A DNA stretch of 63,701 nucleotides, counting the filler, from Octopus bimaculoides (lineage: Eukaryota): the NCBI RefSeq assembly GCF_001194135.2. It is 9 parts of 7 records of this genome, joined end to end, with 100 filler letters (N's around TTAATTAATTAA, not from the genome) between each part and the next. Parts side by side here need not be neighbours in the genome. Positions count along the whole stretch, not along the records: positions 1 to 7,151 come from NC_069003.1; positions 7,252 to 14,962 come from NC_068992.1; 7 more parts are not named here. One strand, given 5' to 3'. Below the pieces are notes generated by a model, which was not told the origin of the DNA, did not search any database, and saw only the letters and a list, made by a program, of their open reading frames with translations. The position numbers were made by a program, and so were the translations under genes. Shown here one piece after another: positions 1 to 10,990 of the stretch (position 1 is its first letter; the number at the start of each line of letters is the position of its first letter).

Positions 1-127
1 GGTGCTAACGTTTCTGCCAGCTCGCTGCCTTTTCGACCCCGAAATTATAAAAGGCAAAGTTGACTCCGGCGGAAATACCGCTAAGCATTTCGCCCGGGAT
101 ACTAACGATTCTGCCAGCTCACCGCTT
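1..127 (-). mobile_element. SINE family B (tRNA-headed), two partial tandem heads at window start
   Basis: Matches the family-B copies at 16752-16966 and 32900-33066 (aaggcaaagt-gac..cggcggaa..ccgctaagcatttcgcccgg..ctaacgattctgccagctc). Confidence 0.85.
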
Positions 128-1100
128 GACATTTCTTATAGATATCAATGTTCATTGGACTGTTTCGGAACCAATTCTTCAGTTCTTCATTATTTTTTTT
201 TTTTTTTTTTTTACCAAACTACAACTGAGAGATTGCTTTTACCATTTTTCGCATTGACGGTCGTTAATCCTTCCATTTTCTTTCTGACATTCCTTCTCTT
301 TTACTATTTTCTCTGCAAATCTTTTTCATTCTTTCTTCATCTTCTTCATTCTCATCACAATAGCTTCACTGTTCTCCATTTTCCTCTAATTCATATTTTT
401 CTCTCTCTCTTTTTTTCTTTTATTTGATTTTCCTTTTTGCAAATATTCGTTTTTTTAAAATTATTTTTTATTCTCAGAAATGATTTATAGTACTTGCAGG
501 AATTTTCTCAAAACTTCTTATGCTTTGCGATTTTGTCATTATTTGCAGCACTAAATTCTCTCTATATATTTATTTTCAGCTTCAATTTCTTTTATTATCA
601 TCATTATTATTTGATTATTATTATTATTATTATTATTATCATTGTTGTTATCATTATTGTCATCATCATCATCATCATTAACACCATCGTAGTCGTCGTA
701 ATCATCGTCATCGTCATCATCGTCATCGTCATCATCGTCATCATCATCATTATTTATTGTCCTTTATTTCGTCATGCTGCAATTTTCTAGCTTCCATTCT
801 CCATAATACGTACTTCTATATATGCCCACCTCCACCTCGATTCATTTTTCCATTTTCTTTTCTGAATTTTTGAATTTTTTTTAATTCACATGTATTTTTG
901 CTTGATCTGTCTGCTTTCATTATCAATTATTATTATTATTATTAATATTCAACTTCTTTACATGTAATTCGACAAACAAATTCATATAAGGATTCTAAAA
1001 ATTTCCATTATCACATAAAATTTCATAGAATTTTCAAAGACAACGTTTAGAAAAGGAAAAAGAGAGGAAACAATGGGCGGAAAGAAAGATCAATACACAG

Positions 1101-1116
1101 ACAGACAGATAGACAG

Positions 1117-1194
<78 letters not shown>
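1101..1194. repeat. (GACA)/(GATA)n microsatellite
   Basis: Direct tandem tetranucleotide run. Confidence 0.95.
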
Positions 1195-2059
1195 TCCTCG
1201 GAATCGACTCACTTTTTAACTTATTTTGAATGTGCCTTCTCTTAACTTGATATATGTCATTTCATAAAACAGTTGTTGAACTTCTAGAAAACTAATAAAA
1301 CACTTACAAATGAATATTTAATATTGAGAGGAGAGCTTAATGCATTTTTACAGATTCATTCGTCTTTTAAGAGTTGATTAGCACTTCTGGGGTCTTAACT
1401 ACTGTGGAACATCTTGGAACCTTATTTTGTCCAAACAACTGTAAATGGAATTTACAGAACTCGTGCTAAAGAACTTGTGGAATCGTTCGGTTAGGAAAAG
1501 TACCTGCTTATTAGACGCAGTATTTCTTTATTCTGCTTCTTTCGTGATATACGGAAGGGTGGACAGATTTTTTAATAAAATTTCTGCAACCAAAACTCCA
1601 CTGTATCACACAGCCTACATCTTACAACAAAAACGCATGTATTAATGTAGTCCGGGGCAGACTATGTCGGAACAAAATGACAAAATGGTCATATCCGGAA
1701 TGCTTTTCTTTAGAGATAATCTTCATCGGACCAACCTTGAGATGAAACGCCGCACATGTAACACACACTAGCACAACGCAGGCACAATTACACACACTTC
1801 AAATACACATACACACATGCATACATATATATGCGCACATGTGTTTATGAACGTATGCAGTGTCGTCATTTGGTTTAAAGACAAGAGTGTACTAATTAAC
1901 CGTTAATTATTTCTGATCATTTAACCACGATTCATCAGAAGATAATATTTCTTTTTTCCTTTGTAAACAATTGTGTTAATTAGCCTAATGCAATTATTGA
2001 CAGTATCAATTTCGCCACAAAAACGAACACCACTTAATTGAAGGAGATTTTTCTTTTTT

Positions 2060-2388
2060 TAAGCCTCGCTAAATAACGAGGACATAAACGCACCAACACC
2101 GGTTGCCAAAAGGTGGTGGGTACAAACACAAACAGGAACACACACACACGCACGCACATACATACACACACACACAAACGCACACACATACACACGTTAT
2201 GTACAACATACTTCTTTCAATTTCCATTTATGAAACTCACTCAGGTTCTTGGTCAACACTGGAACTGACCACAACCTTATGAATAGATTTGTAGAAAACA
2301 CTTTCCCAACATGCCATGCAGTGGAACTGAGCCCGGAACTGTGTGGTTGGGAAGCAAATTTCTTACCACACAGTCACGCCTGCGCCTA
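2060..2388 (-). mobile_element. SINE family A (tRNA head + CORE-like domain + internal CA/TA microsatellite), degenerate
   Basis: Reverse complement starts taggcgcaggcgtgactgtgtggtaag with B-box-like ggctcagttcc; internal (CA)n; family-A 3' part at 2060-2130. Confidence 0.8.
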
Positions 2389-2913
2389 CGCGTATAAATC
2401 CTTTCTCTTTAACAAACATTCATATANNNNNNNNNNNNNNNNNNNNNNNNNNNNNNNNNNNNNNNNNNNNNNNNNNNNNNNNNNNNNNNNNNNNNNNNNN
2501 NNNNNNNNNNNNNNNNNNNNNNNNNNNNNNNNNNNNNNNNNNNNNNNNNNNNNNNNNNNNNNNNNNNNNNNNNNNNNNNNNNNNNNNNNNNNNNNNNNNN
2601 NNNNNNNNNNNNNNNNNNNNNNNNNNNNNNNNNNNNNNNNNNNNNNNNNNNNNNNNNNNNNNNNNNNNNNNNNNNNNNNNNNNNNNNNNNNNNNNNNNNN
2701 NNNNNNNNNNNNNNNNNNNNNNNNNNNNNNNNNNNNNNNNNNNNNNNNNNNNNNNNNNNNNNNNNNNNNNNNNNNNNNNNNNNNNNNNNNNNNNNNNNNN
2801 NNNNNNNNNNNNNNNNNNNNNNNNNNNNNNNNNNNNNNNNNNNNNNNNNNNNNNNNNNNNNNNNNNNNNNNNNNNNNNNNNNNNNNNNNNNNNNNNNNNN
2901 NNNNNNNNNNNNN

Positions 2914-2961
<48 letters not shown>

Positions 2962-3340
2962 TGTATTTATGTATGCATATATGTATTCAAATACACAGAT
3001 CTTTATCTGTTATCCACCAACTTAACAGTTCATTTAACTGACATGTGCATATTTCCTATAAGTGGACAGGATTGTACGGTGCAGTGGACAATTTGTCTCA
3101 ACACCATTCATCTCCACATCTCATTATATGGTTTGATTTCAAACAGCGAGGTGTGTGAAGGGGTGGAATATATAGTGATGAAGGGTTGACGTAAAGAAGA
3201 GGAGAAAAAGGGGTGAGAGAAAGGAGGAGAGAGTGAGAGAGGGAAAGCAAGAGTGACAAAGATGTCATCTTGACATTCAAACAGGTTCCACCATCGACCG
3301 TCTGTGACAGTTTGTGTATGAGTATGTATGTTTGTTGTGT

Positions 3341-3474
3341 GAGTGTGTGTATATGTGTGCATGCGTGTGTGTGTGTGTGTGTGTATTTGACAGTCTAAGT
3401 GTTTGTGTGTGTATCTGTGCACGTGTTTAAGTGTCAGTGTTTGCGTATCTATGTAGAAGTCTCTCTGTTTGTGT

Positions 3475-3551
<77 letters not shown>
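3341..3551. repeat. (GT)n microsatellite region
   Basis: Direct dinucleotide runs. Confidence 0.95.
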
Positions 3552-3552
<1 letters not shown>

Positions 3553-3622
3553 ATTGTGGTTTAGCTTCATTCATCACCTAGCCACAGGTACTTCCAGTTC
3601 AGCTAGCTCAGGTGTTATTGTC

Positions 3623-3659
<37 letters not shown>

Positions 3660-3664
3660 ATTAC

Positions 3665-3728
<64 letters not shown>

Positions 3729-3735
3729 ATTATTA

Positions 3736-4177
3736 TTCAGTAGTCTTATTTTTATAACGTGCTTTCATTGCACTACCGAGCGCAGTTCTGTGTACCTTGG
3801 GTATGTGCTGTGGTTTGTTGTGATGCTCTTATTTTTACTGTATTGAAAGTGTTTTACGTCGAATGTGCGCAGTGCCTAGCAGTGCTATTTTCTGTATGTT
3901 ATATATATATTTATTAGTCCTACTGTTCTTGTTATGATTTTATATCTTTTATATTGTATGAGTGATTTTTTTTTATCATACCTAATGCGCCAACTATGAT
4001 AGGATTTATTTCTGTTTTTAGACTCCACATTCGAGTTACCTCTATTTCCAGATCTTTGCATTTTGAAAGTTTCTCCGTTTCTTTTAGAGAAACGTTGTCA
4101 TCTGTTGGTTTTGACAGATCGATTAGATAGCATTTTTTTCTTGGTGATCTCTGACAACTACATACGGCCCATCCGGT
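3736..4177 (-). mobile_element. R4/Dong-like non-LTR retrotransposon 3' fragment (restriction-like endonuclease end + 3' UTR + (AAT)n tail), degenerate
   Basis: Minus-strand translation across frameshifts gives ~RP.VVVRDHQEKKCYLIDLSKPTDDNVSLKETEKLSKCKDLEIEVTRMWSLKTEINPIIVGALGMIKK..QKIALLGTAHI.RKTLSIQ*, typical of R4-clade RLE. The (ATT)n at 3620-3735 is its tail. Confidence 0.85.
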
Positions 4178-4209
4178 ATCATCATCATCATCATCATCAT
4201 CATTATCAC

Positions 4210-4264
<55 letters not shown>

Positions 4265-4335
4265 TAAATAATAGGCAGAAATAAAAAAACTCAACACATA
4301 CACAGACACAGGATTATTATTATTATTATTATTGC

Positions 4336-4442
<107 letters not shown>

Positions 4443-4831
4443 TTATTATTATTATTTACTTTTAATCTGCATGTTTGTTACAATCACTTTCCTAGACACA
4501 CCCAGCGTCCTATATAATTGCCAAAGAGAACAACAAACATTAATACAAGGCCAACAACTAAAGTCGTATACAAAATTATTGTTGGGAAAAATTTCAAAGT
4601 CTTACAGCTGTTTCTGGGATATCCAGTATTGTATACGACTTAAGATGTTTGCCTTGCCCTAATGTTTGACGCCCTGTTTGACAATTATATATCCGCCGCA
4701 TCGGAAATCTGCAATGGCTCCATAACTACTGTCTCAGCTATATCCTTGGAGTCCTAGTAATCCATTACAGCACATACCTAGCGTACCTAATCGTTTAGAT
4801 CGACTGTGAACTAAACCCCCATACTTTGTAG

Positions 4832-4878
<47 letters not shown>

Positions 4879-4894
4879 TATGTATATATGTATA

Positions 4895-5058
4895 TGACGG
4901 GTTTTTTCAGCTTCTGTCAACTAAATCCACTCACAAGGCTGTGGTTGGGCCTACGCTATAATAGAAGATATTTGCTCAAAGTGCCACGCTGTGGGACTGA
5001 ACCCAAGACCTCATGATTGCGAAGCAGGCTTCTTAACCACACAGCCATGCCTGCGCCT
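4895..5058 (-). mobile_element. SINE family A head/CORE portion
   Basis: Reverse complement: taggcgcaggcatggctgtgtggttaag..gggttcagtcccacagcgtggcactttgagcaa..ccttgtgagtggattt; abuts (TA)n. Confidence 0.85.
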
Positions 5059-5279
5059 ATATATTTATATAATCACTTTAATATTTCGTAAATCAATTTT
5101 GCATTCTGCTTTAACTTTGCCTCCAGTGGTTCCAGCATTTTCGGGGACCTTCATGTTTCTGCATCACATATTGTTCTTGGTATTTCGACTGTTTCTGTGC
5201 GCGGCTAGCTGTTGATGGTTTAGCGACATCAGGCATTAGAGCTGATGAGGTCTAATGAAGTTGGAATATTCCACTCCAT

Positions 5280-5299
5280 CAAAGCATCATTACCACTGC

Positions 5300-5337
<38 letters not shown>

Positions 5338-5663
5338 CCGCAACACAACTACCTCCACACTCATCAGCAACGACCACTACAGTACTGCTACCAACACAGC
5401 ACAACTGCATCAATGCCATACCATCAACACCACCACCGCCACCGCCACAGCTCCCTAATACCACACGACCGCAAATCTCCCGCCACCAACACCACCAGCA
5501 CCAGCACCGCCACCATGTTGTTAATACCACAACATTAACACCGCCGTGCTACCACCACCACCACCACCACCACCTCTGCACCTGCCAGTAACATATCACC
5601 AAGTAATGTAATCTGCTCCCCACCGCCACCAACACAAGCTCTGCACAGCCCCAGCCACCCGCC
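5280..5663. repeat. Degenerate (CAA)/(CAC)n low-complexity tract
   Basis: (CAA)n core followed by decaying CAC/ACC triplets running into an N gap. Confidence 0.8.
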
Positions 5664-6614
5664 NNNNNNNNNNNNNNNNNNNNNNNNNNNNNNNNNNNNN
5701 NNNNNNNNNNNNNNNNNNNNNNNNNNNNNNNNNNNNNNNNNNNNNNNNNNNNNNNNNNNNNNNNNNNNNNNNNNNNNNNNNNNNNNNNNNNNNNNNNNNN
5801 NNNNNNNNNNNNNNNNNNNNNNNNNNNNNNNNNNNNNNNNNNNNNNNNNNNNNNNNNNNNNNNNNNNNNNNNNNNNNNNNNNNNNNNNNNNNNNNNNNNN
5901 NNNNNNNNNNNNNNNNNNNNNNNNNNNNNNNNNNNNNNNNNNNNNNNNNNNNNNNNNNNNNNNNNNNNNNNNNNNNNNNNNNNNNNNNNNNNNNNNNNNN
6001 NNNNNNNNNNNNNNNNNNNNNNNNNNNNNNNNNNNNNNNNNNNNNNNNNNNNNNNNNNNNNNNNNNNNNNNNNNNNNNNNNNNNNNNNNNNNNNNNNNNN
6101 NNNNNNNNNNNNNNNNNNNNNNNNNNNNNNNNNNNNNNNNNNNNNNNNNNNNNNNNNNNNNNNNNNNNNNNNNNNNNNNNNNNNNNNNNNNNNNNNNNNN
6201 NNNNNNNNNNNNNNNNNNNNNNNNNNNNNNNNNNNNNNNNNNNNNNNNNNNNNNNNNNNNNNNNNNNNNNNNNNNNNNNNNNNNNNNNNNNNNNNNNNNN
6301 NNNNNNNNNNNNNNNNNNNNNNNNNNNCTAAGGACGTTGGTTCTGACGCCCCTTCCACTCTCTCTCTCTTTCTCTCTCTCTCGATGTTACCAAAAATACC
6401 GTCACCTCACATTATCTGGAAGAGATCTTAAGAAGAAGGATAATTCTTCACGAAGACTTAATGTTAAGCAGACTTAATAGAACCAAGAACTGAATAAGCA
6501 AAGACATACATATATAAATAAATAAACAAAAAATCGAACTTACGTCTATTGATACGTTCGCTGAGCCGTTTTAGCGCGTTTGAACTATCGAGCTGTCTAA
6601 TTAAAATATCTCAG

Positions 6615-6720
6615 GAGAGGCGCAATGGCCCAGTGGTTAGGGAAGCGGACTCGCGGTCATAGGATCGCTGTTTCGATTCCCAGACCGGGCGTTGTGAGTG
6701 TTTATTGAGCGAAAAACACA
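6615..6720 (+). mobile_element. SINE family C (OK-like, tRNA-derived) head only
   Basis: gaggcgcaatggcccagtggttaggg..ggtcataggatcgctgtttcgattcccagaccgggcgttgtgagtgtttattgagcgaaa is near-identical to the head of the full copy at 19253-19637; A-box-like and B-box-like motifs present. Confidence 0.9.
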
Positions 6721-6971
6721 AGAAACATCAGGGCTGGCCGAACACCGGTCACGTAGGAGGAGGAGAGAGGGGTAGGGGCCACCAATGCCACGAATGCCCC
6801 CGTCTTTTTTTCTTTTCCTATCCCTCTAATTGTTGTTTTTCCTGTCTGCCTTTATATCGTCTATCTGTCGGATGTTTTATTGTCCTCTATTGCGTTTTTG
6901 TTAAATATTTTTAAAAAATACTTATACATACATACATACAGCGGCGTAGGTACACTTTGCTCACCTTGCAA

Positions 6972-7053
<82 letters not shown>

Positions 7054-7151
7054 TTTTTGTTTTAAATAAATGTCAAGTTCTATTTCAAATTCTGTATATT
7101 GTACTTATATTTACTTATTTTTTATTTCAGAGTTTTGAGCAGACGGTAAAG

Positions 7152-7251
7152 NNNNNNNNNNNNNNNNNNNNNNNNNNNNNNNNNNNNNNNNNNNNTTAAT
7201 TAATTAANNNNNNNNNNNNNNNNNNNNNNNNNNNNNNNNNNNNNNNNNNNN
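7152..7251. other. Artificial 100-bp gap placeholder (44 N + TTAATTAATTAA + 44 N). The same linker recurs at 15007, 20115, 35983, 45008, 47987, 51870 and 62043.
   Basis: Identical 12-mer centred in N runs eight times; it encodes stops in all six frames. Confidence 0.97.
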
Positions 7252-7295
<44 letters not shown>

Positions 7296-8054
7296 CATTT
7301 ATATATATATATATATATATATATACTCATATACACACATATATACATCCATATAAATGTGTGGTGTGTATGTATGTTATATTTATAAATGATGCCTCTG
7401 TGTGTGTGTGTGGGGGGGGGTTTGTATTAACACACAAACACACACATATGCATCTATATAACATATGTATACATAAGCGTGAAAAATTACTCAAAAGAAT
7501 AAACAGGAGTTAAAGAATTAAATTTATACCAAATTGAATTCTTGCAAATTGCAATTCTGAATTTCGCATTTTATCAATTCTCAAGCTACAAGAGAAAGAA
7601 ATGAAATGACCATGTATTTTATTTGAAAGTGAACACTAACCAGTATTATATTAAGTAACAATATTATATAAAGTTACAATAGAAAACGCTCATATATTTG
7701 GGAGTACGTAACTTGAAGTACACATTGTTTTCTAACGTTCACCGAGTAAAAACATTTAAAAATATTCCAACACGAAAAATATGAGACATGCTCTACGAAC
7801 GATAAAACTTCTTTTTTAAAATATCTTGTAGCTGTATTGTACCATGTTATTCCGTATATTGAACATTATGATGACTCAAAATGTGAAAACGTAGAGTCGT
7901 AAACCTCAGTGAGGAGATGTAGTATATTGGCAAAATTTATCATCCGAATGTGTGTAAGTGTGTGTGTGTGTGTGTGTTTGAATATAAATACATATATACA
8001 TACAGAGAGACGGAGGGAGAGAAAGAGAGATAGGAGAGAAAGGAAGAGAGAAGA

Positions 8055-8345
8055 CACATGGTCCGGTGCTTAGTGTGTTGCACTCACGATGGCGAGTTCG
8101 TGGTTTCAATTCTTAGACCGGGTGTTGCGCTGCGTTCATAAACAAAACTCTTCACCTCACGTTGTTCTGCATGTCATTTCAACACCTGGTTCGTGGCACA
8201 ACGCGCACCTATTCAGACAATGTCGATTTTATGGAGAGAGTGAGCTAATGTGCAGCACGAACATTTGCTAACTATAAACAAATCATTTGTGCAGGTCGTT
8301 GGGCAAAAGATGAACGTTAATGCGCCGTCTTCGACGGGAGAAGCC
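8055..8345 (+). mobile_element. SINE family D (tRNA-derived), degenerate
   Basis: Decayed A-box (tggtccggtgcttag) and B-box (ggtttcaattc), followed by gaccggg..gttcataaacaaaactcttcacctcacgttg in SINE layout; single copy here. Confidence 0.6.
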
Positions 8346-9068
8346 ATTATATATATATATAATGGCTCTTTTTGTGAATTCTCCCTATGTATGTATGTAT
8401 GTATGTATATATCACTTTCTCTCCCGCATTCGCTTTTTGTTAATAATGCTATTTATGTAACTTGATGGTTAGAAACCCTTGATTACCGACTATGATGAAC
8501 TGATGAAAACCAACTAGGTCGAAATAGTAGTTATATACGAATGATAAGTATTTTATGATTAAAAACAAAGCTAAATGAAAGGAAATTTAAATAAATAGAT
8601 GTAGAAATATAATATATGTTATATGCTTTCACTTCACAAACGAAACGAAATTAGAAAATAATATACATTGCTGGCAATACAATTCTCTCTCTTGGCGTAG
8701 AAATGAAAAACCAGTCAACTGAGAAGGAAAATAATAATAGAAAATATTCTAGCCGAATAACTGTGAATCTCTAAACTCCGTGAAGACGAACGCAAACGCA
8801 CACGGATGGAAGTAGATTGCAGTCCAAACCTGTATAAGGGGAACGTGCGCATACACATGACTAAACATAGCTAGAATTAGATATCTTATAACTTGTGCGG
8901 ACTGCTTACAATGTAACTGCAGTTTTAACGGCAGAGAAAAAAAATCCATTCTTTTATTCGCAGGGAAAACAAATTGAATTGCTCTTAATAATATTTCAAA
9001 CTGTAAATCTCAAATTAAGTTTATTAAATCTCCATGCTGAACGCTTTCTCCCCTCCGTCCCTCCGTCC

Positions 9069-9128
<60 letters not shown>

Positions 9129-9147
9129 GTATATATTAATATATATA

Positions 9148-9428
9148 TAGGCGCAGAAGTGGCTGTATGGTAAGTAGCTTGCTTACCAACCTCATGGTTC
9201 CGGGTTCAGTCCCACTGCGTGGCACTTTGGGCACGTGTCTTCTATTATAGCCTCGGGCCGATCAAAGCCTTGTGAATGGAAACTGAAAGAAACCCATAGT
9301 ATATATATATATATATGTGTGTGTATGTATGTGCGTGTGTGTGCGTGTGTGTGTACGTTTGTGTGTCTGTGTTTGTCCCCCTATCATCGCTTGACAACCG
9401 ATGCTGGTATGTTTACGTCCCCGTAACC
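9148..9428 (+). mobile_element. SINE family A, 3'-truncated
   Basis: aggcgcagaagtggctgtatggtaagtagc (A box), gggttcagtccc (B box), gtggcactttgggcacgtgtctt (CORE-like), internal (TA)/(GT)n. Confidence 0.9.
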
Positions 9429-9943
9429 ATGGTTATATGAAAATTGTTCCCTTTATTTAGTTTTTCTTTTAGTTCAAAATTTACCGTTAAACTCTATGAC
9501 AGTTATTCTAGCCACAAATATATAAAATTCCTTTATTGAAAGGTCGGTGTTCTTCAAAATGAATATTAACGGATTATTACGAAGTATCGAAAGGGTTGAG
9601 AAAGAATAACGATTTATGTCAAATTGTAAGAATATAACGCTCTTATTATTTTTAAGACACATAAGCCAATCAGCTCCATAGGATGTGCCGGATCATGAAG
9701 AGTGAGGGATAATTCTATTTATAATTGTTTTATTTATGCTGCCTAAGTCAGACTCAGAGGAGCAAATTCACTGCACAGAATAACTAGAAGAGAAATTTGG
9801 TTTAAGGACTTTGGGGTTAATCGTAGGGGATTTTTGTTAGAAAGGTTCAGTTCTATCAGCTATATGTGTGTGTGTGTGTGTGGGTGTATAGTTATGTATA
9901 TATATGTATGTATGTATATATGTATGTATATACGTATCTATTT

Positions 9944-10017
<74 letters not shown>

Positions 10018-10699
10018 GCACACACACACACACAAACAACTGCTATACATTTTTATATAAAGTCCAAACAATGCAAAATATAAAAAAGTACAAGTTAATG
10101 GTTTGTAATTTTACCTCCTATTTCACAATTTCGGGGTTAAGACATCTTCTTCAGGATATCTTCGGAAGGTTTTGTAAGCTGATTTCTCTGTTTTATAGTT
10201 TATATATATCGCCACCTATAGCCGAATATATATGTGTGTGTGTGTGTGAAAATGTGTAGCTGTTTGTGTGTACCTAATATATGTACAATACACTATGCTT
10301 CATACAGAAAAAAAAAAGAAACTAGCCTATACTCTTAGCTGCCACCAAACATAACCGTAGCTGTCATTTCCTCCTAAGTTTCTGCTTTTTCTCAACAGGT
10401 ATGGTTCGTATCGCCTTCATAGTCCTTCCCAGTCAATCATAATATACTAACCAACTCCCTCTCTTCTCGCCCAATTATTTATCTGTCAATATATACTGAA
10501 TATATATGATTTCTATAGGCACGTTTTTCACGTTCGCTTATTTCGTACATTTTATTGCATTAATAGAATTTTGTTTGTTATTTCCCAGCCCAATTTTCTC
10601 ATCATCCTCTTCCGCTCCTTTCATATTTCTCCATCTCAATCTTTTGAGTCCTCATGTTCTTATTTTCCTCTCCCTTATTATTTTGCTTCTTGAGTTGTT

Positions 10700-10944
10700 G
10701 TTGCTGTTGTTTTTATTGCTGTTGTTATTGTTGTTGTTGTTCTTCCTCTTCTTCTTCTTCTTCTTCTTCTTCTTCTTCTTCTTCTTCTTCTTCTTCTTCT
10801 TCTTCTTCTTCTTCTTCTTCTTCTTCTTCTTCCTCGTCTTCTTCTTCTTCTTCTTCTTCTTCTTCTTCTTCTTCTTCTTCGTCATCGTCGTCGTCATCAC
10901 CAACATCACACAAACACTCTCACACAGACACACAAGCATACATG

Positions 10945-10990
<46 letters not shown>
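10700..10990. repeat. Compound microsatellite (TTG)n-(TTC)n-(CA)n
   Basis: Direct tandem runs; source of the poly-F/S/K/E ORF-track entries. Confidence 0.95.

Noticed and set aside
494-790. Hydrophobic poly-I/V ORF and the many similar ORF-track entries (poly-Y, N, L, HT, CV, YI, SL, RE, YLSI)
   Set aside because: They are translations of tri-, di- and tetranucleotide microsatellites, with no domain content.
2249-3041. Long ORFs that span N runs (also 5549, 15546, 28319, 31171, 52956, 54674, 56287 and others)
   Set aside because: Their length comes from X residues in assembly gaps.
5245-5538. Poly-Q/His-rich ORF resembling a transcription-factor low-complexity region
   Set aside because: It is explained by a decaying CAA/CAC repeat that is open in several frames on both strands, with no domain or convincing splice context.
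6615-6690. tRNA gene (Arg-like)
   Set aside because: It continues into SINE body sequence and is shared with SINE copies at 19253-19637 and 61657-61982, so it is a SINE head rather than a tRNA gene.
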